The notes beneath the pieces were generated by a model. The model was not told where the DNA came from, did no database searches, and saw nothing but the letters and a program-made list of their open reading frames with translations. From contig JBGQBI010000006.1 in NCBI GenBank assembly GCA_041494705.1, positions 150,001 through 182,000 on the forward strand: 32,000 bases of DNA. The letters run 5' to 3'. This stretch comes from Candidatus Methanoperedens sp. (lineage in GTDB: Archaea; Halobacteriota; Methanosarcinia; Methanosarcinales; Methanoperedenaceae). Both the position numbers and the translations under genes were made by a program. Every line of letters begins with the position of its first letter. Position 1 is the first letter of the stretch. Below are positions 24,521-32,000 of the stretch, piece by piece.

Positions 24521-25393
24521 TCACTCCAGCCCGAAGTGCTTCACATTCCAGTCCGCAATCGCCTGTATCTTCTTAATCTCCTCTACGCCGCCTTCCATCG
24601 TAAACAGGTGCTTGAACCTGCCCTGAACTTTAAGATACTCTTCCACCGGCTTCCTGTTCTTAATCTTCCTCACGTTTGTAACAACGCCGTTCTCCATCTC
24701 GTACAGGGGCCACATCGCCGTCTCCACTGCAAGCCTCCCAACCTCGATGGTCTTTGAGCCTTCAAACTTCCAGCCCGTGCAGCAGGGCGCATGCACATGC
24801 ACGTACGTTGGTCCTTTTGTATCTGCGGCTTTTTTAATCTTTTTCATCATATCCGGCGCATACGCCACCGAAGCCGTGGCGACATAAGGCGAGCCGTGTG
24901 CCGCTATGATTGCAGGCATATTCTTTTTATGTTGCGGGTTCCCGAAGGAAACCTTACCTGCCGGGCTTGTTGTGGTGCTGGCATACAGTGGAGTCGCGCT
25001 GCTTCGCTGGATACCCGTGTTCATGTACGCCTCGTTATCCACGCAGATATACGTAAAATCATGTCCTCTTTCAAATGCGCCCGATATTGCCTGAAGTCCA
25101 ATGTCCATCGTGGCGCCGTCACCGCCAATTACCACGATTTTGGTGTTGTTCTTCCTGCCCAGAGCCTTGAGCGCCGCCTCAACTCCGGATGCGACAGCCG
25201 CTGCATTCTCAAAAAGTGAATGTATCCAGGGCACGCCCCAGGCGGATTCCGGGTAGGGCGTAGTAAAGACCTCAAGACAGCCTGTGGGGGAGACAACTAT
25301 GGTATCTTCACCAAGTGCATCAAGCACGAACTTCCCTGCAAGGGCATCGCAGCATCCGGCGCATCCGCGGTGACCCGGTCTTAATAGACTCAT
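24521..25393 (-). CDS. porB: pyruvate:ferredoxin oxidoreductase beta subunit
   Basis: 290 aa. TPP-binding [10 protein letters not shown] and an N-terminal Cys motif GCAGCC. It is the last gene of the por cluster. Confidence 0.92.
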   Translation of the reverse strand: MSLLRPGHRGCAGCCDALAGKFVLDALGEDTIVVSPTGCLEVFTTPYPESAWGVPWIHSLFENAAAVASGVEAALKALGRKNNTKIVVIGGDGATMDIGLQAISGAFERGHDFTYICVDNEAYMNTGIQRSSATPLYASTTTSPAGKVSFGNPQHKKNMPAIIAAHGSPYVATASVAYAPDMMKKIKKAADTKGPTYVHVHAPCCTGWKFEGSKTIEVGRLAVETAMWPLYEMENGVVTNVRKIKNRKPVEEYLKVQGRFKHLFTMEGGVEEIKKIQAIADWNVKHFGLE

Positions 25394-26577
25394 GCCAGGT
25401 CCTCCCGCAGGTCTGCGAATTCGCTTTCTACGAAAATCCCCTTCTCTACCAACATTGCTTTTTTGATGATTTTCTTAATCGTACTCATAGGAATATCGCG
25501 CCCTCCGTGCCCCAGCATGAAACCGATAACAGGAACCTTGGTATCAGTATTATGAAGACATGCCTTGACCTCTGTGCACAGGGCGCCTTCGTTCTTGCCG
25601 ATAGATATATTCTTATCAAGGGTCACAACGACTTTTGCGTTTTTCAAAGCCGCACGAATTGCGTCAGCCGGGAAAGGCCGGAATGACCTGACTTTGAGAA
25701 GCCCCACTGATTCACCTTCACGGCGAAGCTCATCTATTGTATCTTTTATTGTACCGATAACCGAACCCATCGCCATAATTACAATCTCGGCATCATCAAG
25801 CGCATAGCCATCGATAAGACCGCCGTAGTATCGCCCGTATATATCTTTGAATTCATTTGCGATATCTTCGATTTTCTTTAAAGCCACGCCCATGGCTTTT
25901 TCCTGCTTGTACCTGAATTCGGTGTACGTGCTCGGGTCGGCAAAAGCCCCGAATGACATGGGATTCTTGGGGTCAAGCATGAACTCAGGAGAATAAGAAG
26001 GCAGGTATTCGTCTGTCAGGCCCTGCTCAAGCAAAATAACGGGTTCATAAACATGGGAAAGGATGAACCCGTCCATACACCCCATCGAAGGCAAAAGAAC
26101 CTCTGGGTCTTCTGAGAGCTTGAAGAGCTGCGGTATCATATCCGCCGATTCCTGGACATCTTCTGCATAAAGTTGTATCCAGCCGGTATCCCTCTGCGAT
26201 ATTGAGTCCTGCTGGTCGTTCCAGATATTGATGGGTGCGCTTAACGCCCTGTTAACTACGGTCATAACGATGGGAAACCTCATTCCGGACGCATTGAATA
26301 ATGCCTCATGCATCAGCGCAAGCCCCTGCGATGTCGTTGAGGAATATGTGCGCGCGCCCGCGGCGCTTGCCCCTATCAGCGCTGAGATTGCAGAGAACTC
26401 CGATTCCACGTTCATGTACTCGCAGTTCATCTCGCCGTCGGCAACGAATTGTGCCAGGTCTTCAACGATATGCGTTTGCGGGGTTATCGGATAAGCTGAA
26501 ATCACATTGGGCTTGCATACCTTGACAGCATGCGCTACTGCATACGAACCTTCAACAACAACCATATTTTTCCTCAT
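25390..26577 (-). CDS. porA: pyruvate:ferredoxin oxidoreductase alpha subunit
   Basis: Typical N-terminus [30 protein letters not shown] placed the start at MRKNM, where the ATG overlaps the porD stop (ATGA). The longest ORF would start at 26616. Confidence 0.92.
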   Translation of the reverse strand: MRKNMVVVEGSYAVAHAVKVCKPNVISAYPITPQTHIVEDLAQFVADGEMNCEYMNVESEFSAISALIGASAAGARTYSSTTSQGLALMHEALFNASGMRFPIVMTVVNRALSAPINIWNDQQDSISQRDTGWIQLYAEDVQESADMIPQLFKLSEDPEVLLPSMGCMDGFILSHVYEPVILLEQGLTDEYLPSYSPEFMLDPKNPMSFGAFADPSTYTEFRYKQEKAMGVALKKIEDIANEFKDIYGRYYGGLIDGYALDDAEIVIMAMGSVIGTIKDTIDELRREGESVGLLKVRSFRPFPADAIRAALKNAKVVVTLDKNISIGKNEGALCTEVKACLHNTDTKVPVIGFMLGHGGRDIPMSTIKKIIKKAMLVEKGIFVESEFADLREDLA

Positions 26578-26834
26578 TTTCCCTCCAGCACCATTTTTAT
26601 TGCTTTCTTGGGGCATTCGTTTGCGCAGATGCCGCAGCCTTTGCAGTATTCATAATCCGGTTCATAGAACCCATTCTCCAGTTTGTACACTACCCCTTCG
26701 GGGCAATATATTGCGCAGATGCCGCATTTGCTGCACAGCTTATGGTCAAAAACCGGCATGAACGAACGCCATGCTCCCGTCTTATTCGCCCGCGTGCTTC
26801 CCGGCTTGGTAACTGTTTTTATTACAAGTTTCAT
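26574..26834 (-). CDS. porD: pyruvate:ferredoxin oxidoreductase delta subunit (2x[4Fe-4S])
   Basis: 86 aa with two CxxCxxCxxxCP motifs: [12 protein letters not shown] and [12 protein letters not shown]. Confidence 0.92.
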   Translation of the reverse strand: MKLVIKTVTKPGSTRANKTGAWRSFMPVFDHKLCSKCGICAIYCPEGVVYKLENGFYEPDYEYCKGCGICANECPKKAIKMVLEGK

Positions 26835-27379
26835 CGCTGTTCCTCCATGAGGTCATAAGCAGCCTGGATAGCGGCGGCGTTCTTTTCTCCAACTTTTCCC
26901 GGGAACCGCTCCATCACTGCATTTTTTATAGATTCGGGATTTATGAGACCCGAAACTCCTGCGAATGCTCCCGCAAGGATGGTATTGACAATAGGTTTTC
27001 CGATGATATCCATTGCCAGTTTTGTAGCGTCAAGCGTTTTTACCTGGGCTTTGGTATTGAGAATGAAAGACGAGGGGCTTTTTTCAGTGTTAATAAGAAT
27101 AAAACCTTCAGGTTTAGCCCCGGCTGCAACGTTTACAACATCTACGAGCGTGGCGTCCTGCACTATGACATAATCGGGTTCGTATATCTGGCTGCGCAGC
27201 CGAATCGGTTTATCGTTCAGGCGCACAAAAGCCGTTACGGGCGCGCCACGCCTTTCCACGCCAAAAGCGGGAAAAGCCTGGCTGTATTTCCCGTCTTCAA
27301 AAGCAGCCACTGCTAAAAGTTCGGCAGCGGTCACGGATCCCTGCCCGCCACGACCATGTATTCTTATTTCCTTCATTTT
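26831..27379 (-). CDS. porG: pyruvate:ferredoxin oxidoreductase gamma subunit
   Basis: [22 protein letters not shown] is the family N-terminus, so the start is placed at that Met rather than at 27427. Confidence 0.9.
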   Translation of the reverse strand, partial: KMKEIRIHGRGGQGSVTAAELLAVAAFEDGKYSQAFPAFGVERRGAPVTAFVRLNDKPIRLRSQIYEPDYVIVQDATLVDVVNVAAGAKPEGFILINTEKSPSSFILNTKAQVKTLDATKLAMDIIGKPIVNTILAGAFAGVSGLINPESIKNAVMERFPGKVGEKNAAAIQAAYDLMEEQR

Positions 27380-27463
27380 TTTTCTCCGAGAATAACAAAT
27401 TAATATATTTTTCTTTTTAATAATCAATCGTGATGAATGCCTTCCACAATTGCATAAAGGTAT

Positions 27464-28228
27464 TTATTCTTTACGGAGTGGGGCAATAACCAGTAGTATC
27501 AGAATCCCCAGAACAAGAACAAAAAGGCCAAGCAAACCGGCCTCAGGACCTACAAGACCGCCTGTAATTTCCGGCTTCGCTGCGGTCAACCCGAAAATCC
27601 CGAAACCACCCCTTAATGAAAATATATGATACTGGAAAAAATTCCATGAAAAATGATATGCTGATGACATCTTAAGTCCGTCTATTAGATACAGGAGAGC
27701 AAGAATAATCCCGGCAGCAGTTATTGTCACAAACATGATTACTGCATTGAATTTCCCCAATCCCAGAAGCAATATGGAAGGGATGTGAAGCATTGCAAAC
27801 AGGAGGGATGTTGCGATCACGGCATCACGCCGCCCCATGCTTTTTATAAGGTTGGGCAGGATGTATCCGCGAAAAGACGTCTCTTCCCCTATTGATACGA
27901 GCAGTTCAAAAATCACGGCTCCCGCTAATATGTAAATTGCATCCCCGGACATCTCTTCGATTTTGATCCACCCAAAAACAAGTTCAATAACAAATATCGA
28001 TGAGATAAGAATAAGAGCAAATACAAAGCCGAATTTCCATGATACTCCCCACCTGAAGCCACCTTCTTTTTTTTTCAATAAATATGCAATAAGTATAATT
28101 ATCGAATATGCAACCAGGGCTGCACTGAGCGCAAAGAAATACATGGATACGAGGACAACTAACGTTAAAACCGCATAAAATATAATACTTTTAGTAATTC
28201 CATTTTTCCTATCCGTTTTGGAATCCAT
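27464..28228 (-). CDS. CPBP-family (CAAX / Abi-type) intramembrane metalloprotease
   Basis: 254 aa and polytopic. Conserved motifs are EETSFRGYILP (EExxxR) and FAMLH (FxxxH). Confidence 0.85.
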   Translation of the reverse strand: MDSKTDRKNGITKSIIFYAVLTLVVLVSMYFFALSAALVAYSIIILIAYLLKKKEGGFRWGVSWKFGFVFALILISSIFVIELVFGWIKIEEMSGDAIYILAGAVIFELLVSIGEETSFRGYILPNLIKSMGRRDAVIATSLLFAMLHIPSILLLGLGKFNAVIMFVTITAAGIILALLYLIDGLKMSSAYHFSWNFFQYHIFSLRGGFGIFGLTAAKPEITGGLVGPEAGLLGLFVLVLGILILLVIAPLRKE

Positions 28229-28309
28229 CCTTCTAATCCTTACTGAACCAATTCTTTTTATTAATATTAAAGTTTATTCTTGATATTATTATTATTATGA
28301 ATTTGGAAT

Positions 28310-28331
28310 TTGAGTAAACTTTGAGTAAACT
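28310..28331 (+). repeat. perfect tandem duplication of the 11-mer TTGAGTAAACT
   Basis: 28310-28320 and 28321-28331 are identical. They lie in the divergent spacer between the CPBP protease and AAA+ ATPase genes, about 25 bp upstream of the ATPase start. Confidence 0.6.
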
Positions 28332-28354
28332 ATATCTTGTTTAATAACCCAATT

Positions 28355-29638
28355 ATGAAGTTTAATATGACGGATGATAAACTCCTAATAACAGAACTTG
28401 TGCTTACCGCGCACCTGTATAACCAGTCGGATAAGCTCGGCGTTGACGACCTCCCCCAGAAAATACGAAAACATTACTGGGACGAAAAGGAAAAAACCGT
28501 GAAACGCCCCATCTATGTGACTGAAGGCGATGTAAAAACAATTTATGGCCTTGAGAATGTAAAAAACAGCACAAAAGCGCTTCCTTTCCTTGAATTCGAA
28601 GAGTTCGGGTCACAAATAAAACTCACTGTTTTCGACCTTGCGACAAAGTGGCTTGCAAAGCAGCCTGAGGCTGTTGAAAACATCAACAAGAACCCGGTAC
28701 TTGCCTCCTTTTTTGAAAACTATGATTCACTTCCCGTGAGCTTTGCAAAGGCGAAAGCGTCCAACATGCCAAAAGAGAGCGGCAGGGAATGGATACTATC
28801 CCTGGTTAAAAGCATAGAATCCGAAAAGGGCTCGGAGGAGATGCTAAAACTTGCCCATATCGTGGCCCCGGAAGATATAAAGCAGAATATTAAGGACCTC
28901 GTCCTCACAAAAGCACAGGAGGACGAGATAGAGAAAATGACAAAAGCCATCCAGTACCGCGATTACCTGAAGCGGATAGGACTTCGGGAAATAGGAAAAC
29001 TTTTGTTCGTCGGGCCTCCGGGAACAGGGAAAACCTCGGTTGCGCGCGCTCTTTCAGGAAGGCTTGGAATCCCGATAGTGGAAGTAAAACTCTCGCAGAT
29101 TGCTGACCAGTATCTTGGCGAGACGGCAAAGAACATCGACCGGGTTTTTGAACTTGCAAGACGCCTGAGCCCGTGCATACTTTTCATCGATGAATTCGAT
29201 TTCGTGGCAAAAGCCAGGGCTACGGATGAGCACGCCGCATTAAAAAGGGCTGTGAACACGCTTTTGAAGGCTATAGATGAGATAAGTCTGGTTGAGGATG
29301 GGGTGCTTCTTATCGGAGCAACGAACCATCCCGCAATACTTGACCATGCGGCATGGAGGCGGTTTGATGAGATAGTGGAATTCGCGCTCCCGGATAAGGA
29401 TATGAGGAAAAAGATACTTGATATCGTGCTCAGGGAAATAGAGGGAACGTTCAATACTGAAGAGATTGCGGAAAAGACAGAAGGATACTCGGGTTCCGAC
29501 CTGCGGTTAATCGTCCGGGAAGCTGTGCTTAATGGTCTTATAACCGAAAGAACAGTCCTTGGTCAGCCGGATTTACTGCGGGGAATTACAGAATTCAATA
29601 AAAGGATTCATTTGAAGGCACTGGATGAAAAAACATGA
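28355..29638 (+). CDS. classical-clade AAA+ ATPase with an uncharacterised ~200-aa N-terminal domain
   Basis: Walker A GPPGTGKT, Walker B ILFIDEFD, sensor-1 GATNHP, and an AWRRFD second-region-of-homology-like segment. The start is uncertain: ATG at 28355 or 28367, and the track ORF begins at 28337 with TTG. Confidence 0.85.
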   Translation: MKFNMTDDKLLITELVLTAHLYNQSDKLGVDDLPQKIRKHYWDEKEKTVKRPIYVTEGDVKTIYGLENVKNSTKALPFLEFEEFGSQIKLTVFDLATKWLAKQPEAVENINKNPVLASFFENYDSLPVSFAKAKASNMPKESGREWILSLVKSIESEKGSEEMLKLAHIVAPEDIKQNIKDLVLTKAQEDEIEKMTKAIQYRDYLKRIGLREIGKLLFVGPPGTGKTSVARALSGRLGIPIVEVKLSQIADQYLGETAKNIDRVFELARRLSPCILFIDEFDFVAKARATDEHAALKRAVNTLLKAIDEISLVEDGVLLIGATNHPAILDHAAWRRFDEIVEFALPDKDMRKKILDIVLREIEGTFNTEEIAEKTEGYSGSDLRLIVREAVLNGLITERTVLGQPDLLRGITEFNKRIHLKALDEKT

Positions 29639-30375
29639 AGATTACCCTGCTTGGAACAGGCGATGCCGTTGGTACGCCAAAGCTTGGGTGTTCCTGCCCA
29701 ACATGTCTGGACGCACATGCGGGAGGAAAAAGCAGGAGGCTTCGGTTTTCCATACTTGTGGAATCGGATAATGGCAGGCTTTTAATCGATACGAGTCCTG
29801 ACCTTCGATGGCAGCTTTTGAAAAAAGGCATAAGCCGCGTTGACGGGGTAATCTGGACGCACCCGCATTACGACCATTATGCCGGGTTCGGGGATTTTTA
29901 CAGGGTACAGAACGATGTCAACGTTTACGGACTCACAAGAACCCTTGATTATATAATGAATTACCTGTCTTTTATGAAGCCAAGAAGGCATGACGTGAAC
30001 TTTTATGAGCCTTTTGAGTTAATCGGTCTTAGCATAACCATGCTTGAAGTCACGCACCCTCCTGTAGAAGAATCGGCGGGCGTGCTGCTGACTTTTGGAG
30101 ACCGAAAGATTGTGATAACAGGCGACACCACAAGGAACATCCCCAGTAAAAGCCTTAATCTGATGTTCAGGCCTGACCTCCTTATTGCGGACGCAATAAT
30201 CCCGCCAAGGGGAACAATCCCCAAACACATGAACGCCGGGGAAGCGATGGACCTCGCTTCGGAATTGCAGGCAAAGACAGTCGTGCTTACCCATATGAGC
30301 CATATTTTCCCGCCTCATGATGAAGCCGTCAAGCAATGGCCTCTGGGTTATGACGGCATGGAGTTTGAATTTTAA
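29635..30375 (+). CDS. PhnP-like MBL-fold metallo-hydrolase / phosphodiesterase
   Basis: 246 aa. HxHxDH motif WTHPHYDHYAG and an N-terminal Cys cluster GCSCPTC as in PhnP-type enzymes. The start overlaps the ATPase stop (ATGA). Confidence 0.85.
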   Translation: MKITLLGTGDAVGTPKLGCSCPTCLDAHAGGKSRRLRFSILVESDNGRLLIDTSPDLRWQLLKKGISRVDGVIWTHPHYDHYAGFGDFYRVQNDVNVYGLTRTLDYIMNYLSFMKPRRHDVNFYEPFELIGLSITMLEVTHPPVEESAGVLLTFGDRKIVITGDTTRNIPSKSLNLMFRPDLLIADAIIPPRGTIPKHMNAGEAMDLASELQAKTVVLTHMSHIFPPHDEAVKQWPLGYDGMEFEF

Positions 30376-30542
30376 TATTTTTGCCCGGGGGTTGCATATC
30401 CCGGATAAACTGCCGTTCTTATTTTAGTCTATGCAGAAACTATATTAAATAAATCAGCTATTTTGTATACGCTTCTTCAAACTCAAAGAACAGGTGAATA
30501 CATCTGGGGTGCAGGAAGTTAAAATCGAAACAAGGTATTAAA

Positions 30543-31112
30543 ATGGAAACCACGCCTACAAATTTCAATGTAAAGGACATGAACGAGAACTCAAAAAACG
30601 TCAACGCCACTCTTAAGGTAATCGAAATAGGAGAGGTCAAGGACATACATTCAAAATTCGGAGATAAACGCGTCTGTGAAGTAAAAGTAGCCGATGCGAC
30701 CGGAAGTATATTATTATCTTTATGGGATGACCAGATCGGAAAAATAGCGGCCGGTGATACGATATCAATCCAGAACGGTTATATTTCAGTCGTCAGGAAT
30801 TCCATGAGATTGAACATAGGAAAATACGGGAAGATGCTGTTATCCGAAGAACCGCTCACCGAGGTCAATACCGAACTCAATATTTCGGATAAGCATGTGG
30901 AACAGCCCGAGCGGCCAAGGAGCAGCGGCGGATACGGCGGTGGAGGCGGCAGCGGGGGCGGAGGACGAGGCGGTGGAGGCGGGTACGGCAGCATGTACGG
31001 CAGCGGCACTGAGTTTAGCGGATTCAGGCGAAGCGGATACGGCGGTGGAGGCGGCAGCGGGGGCGGTAGAAAGGATTCGCGGGATAAAAAAGGCGGCAGA
31101 GGAAGAAGGTAA
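30543..31112 (+). CDS. ssb: single OB-fold ssDNA-binding protein with a Gly/Arg-rich (RGG-like) C-terminal tail
   Basis: The OB-fold segment is VNATLKVIEIGEVKDIHSKFGDKRVCEVKVADATGSILLSLWDDQ...ISIQNGYISVVRNSMRLNIGKYG. The tail is GYGGGGGSGGGGRGGGGGYG...GGRKDSRDKKGGRGRR. Confidence 0.8.
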   Translation: METTPTNFNVKDMNENSKNVNATLKVIEIGEVKDIHSKFGDKRVCEVKVADATGSILLSLWDDQIGKIAAGDTISIQNGYISVVRNSMRLNIGKYGKMLLSEEPLTEVNTELNISDKHVEQPERPRSSGGYGGGGGSGGGGRGGGGGYGSMYGSGTEFSGFRRSGYGGGGGSGGGRKDSRDKKGGRGRR

Positions 31113-31171
31113 TACCCCTTCTTTTATTTTTTTATTATCATTTTTTATAGTCAGCAGTATATTAGTAATTG

Positions 31172-32000
31172 ATGCTTGAAAGTATTTCAGAAACGTTTCT
31201 TAACATCACAAATAAAGAATTTCGGGTTCTCATTGCTATCGAGAACAAAATGAAATTCTATGAATGGGTTCCTATTGAAGAAATTGCCGGTTTTACAAAT
31301 TATGAGTTAAAAGAAGTCAGTTACATCCTTTCAAATCTTGCAGTAAATAAGCTTATACACAGGAATATCCAGGCGTATGAAGGGTACAGGATATATTTTG
31401 AGGCTTATGACCTGCTGGCGCTGAATGCGTTTGTGAAAAGGGGTTCAGTAAATGCATTAGGGGATGAAATCGGGATTGGCAAGGAATCAGTTGTATATGA
31501 GGCTACAGGTGGAATCATCGACCGGCATGTGGTCATAAAATTCCACAGGGAAGGAAAGATGAGTTTCAAAAATGTCAGGATAAAAAGAGAACACATCGGG
31601 GAGCGAAAACACCTTTCCTGGCTTTATGCCTCGCGCCTTGCTGCAAAACGGGAATATGATGCCTTAAAAACCCTTTATCCTGAGGTGAGCGTCCCCGAGC
31701 CTGTTGATTATAACAGGCACGCAATCGTGATGTCCGTGGCAAAAGGAGAGGAGCTTGCCCATACAAAGATAGACGAGCCGGACTGGTATCTTGATGAGAT
31801 ATTAAACCAGGTGAGAAAAGCATACAGGCTCGGTATAATCCATGGAGACCTGAGTGAATTTAATATATTCGTCAATCCCGAAGGATGCGAACTTATCGAC
31901 TGGCCGCAATACATTACACCATCTCATGCGAATGCCACAGAATTGCTTTATCGTGATATTGACAACGTCCTCTCCTTTTTTAACAGGAAATACAGGATTA
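31172..32000 (+). CDS. rio2: RIO2-type serine kinase, 3' end cut by the window edge
   Basis: This ORF is not in the track because it has no stop within the window. Hand translation gives an N-terminal wHTH (FRVLIAIENKM...IEEIAGFTNYELKEVSYILSNLAVNKLI), an ATP loop GIGKESVVYEA, a catalytic loop IIHGDLSEFNIFV and IDWPQ. Confidence 0.88.
   Translation, partial: MLESISETFLNITNKEFRVLIAIENKMKFYEWVPIEEIAGFTNYELKEVSYILSNLAVNKLIHRNIQAYEGYRIYFEAYDLLALNAFVKRGSVNALGDEIGIGKESVVYEATGGIIDRHVVIKFHREGKMSFKNVRIKREHIGERKHLSWLYASRLAAKREYDALKTLYPEVSVPEPVDYNRHAIVMSVAKGEELAHTKIDEPDWYLDEILNQVRKAYRLGIIHGDLSEFNIFVNPEGCELIDWPQYITPSHANATELLYRDIDNVLSFFNRKYRI

Noticed and set aside
24503-24757. 84-aa plus ORF, and similar ORFs within 24791-26761
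   Set aside because: They are antisense shadows of the porB, porA and porD genes.
30895-31179. 94-aa alternative-frame ORF and the 76-aa minus ORF over the Gly-rich repeat
   Set aside because: They are artefacts of the GGC-rich repeat, which is open in several frames. The OB-fold frame is continuous with the tail and is the supported one.
1-32000. CRISPR arrays, rRNA genes, and in-frame TAG (pyrrolysine) read-through candidates
   Set aside because: I saw no regularly spaced direct repeats and no rRNA-like sequence. No gene appears interrupted by a single in-frame TAG, and gene ends at TAG (for example DUF123 at 20582-20584) look like ordinary stops.

Overview
The window looks like an archaeal chromosome segment, probably Methanosarcinales and possibly ANME-2d / Methanoperedens-like. 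That lineage call is inference from gene content: thermosome, Alba, archaeal Sm protein, RIO2 kinase, ATP-dependent DNA ligase, a four-subunit pyruvate:ferredoxin oxidoreductase, an AfpA/DmrX-type iron-sulfur flavoprotein, a PGF-CTERM sorting signal and three c-type cytochrome genes. Most of the window is ordinary housekeeping: ths, albA, purC, lig, argC-CBS-argJ, porGDAB, a Cys/Met PLP enzyme, SSB, rio2, tRNA-Phe and tRNA-Leu. There is also a five-gene MoxR / DUF58 / vWA membrane operon. The unusual material is at the left end (about 372-3348), an AT-rich mobile-element patch. It holds a 2334-bp IS6-family element with perfect 22-bp inverted repeats and a perfect 8-bp target duplication. Besides its zinc-finger DDE transposase, this element carries three unannotatable genes joined by ATGA overlaps: an AbrB-like protein, a 139-aa helical protein and a 172-aa Zn-ribbon protein. 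It sits 8 bp from the solo end of an older related element. Nearby are a transposase tail fragment and a second, truncated AbrB module. The second notable locus is the 200-bp gap between moxR and the DUF58 gene. It is filled by six consecutive perfect hairpins and is also exactly spanned by a 67-codon very basic ORF. Smaller items: a dihydrolipoamide-dehydrogenase gene remnant, a long triple-heptad hairpin in front of a GIY-YIG/DUF123 gene, an overlapping AAA+ ATPase / MBL-hydrolase pair divergent from a CPBP protease, and an OB-fold SSB with a repeat-encoded RGG tail. I saw no CRISPR array and no rRNA.
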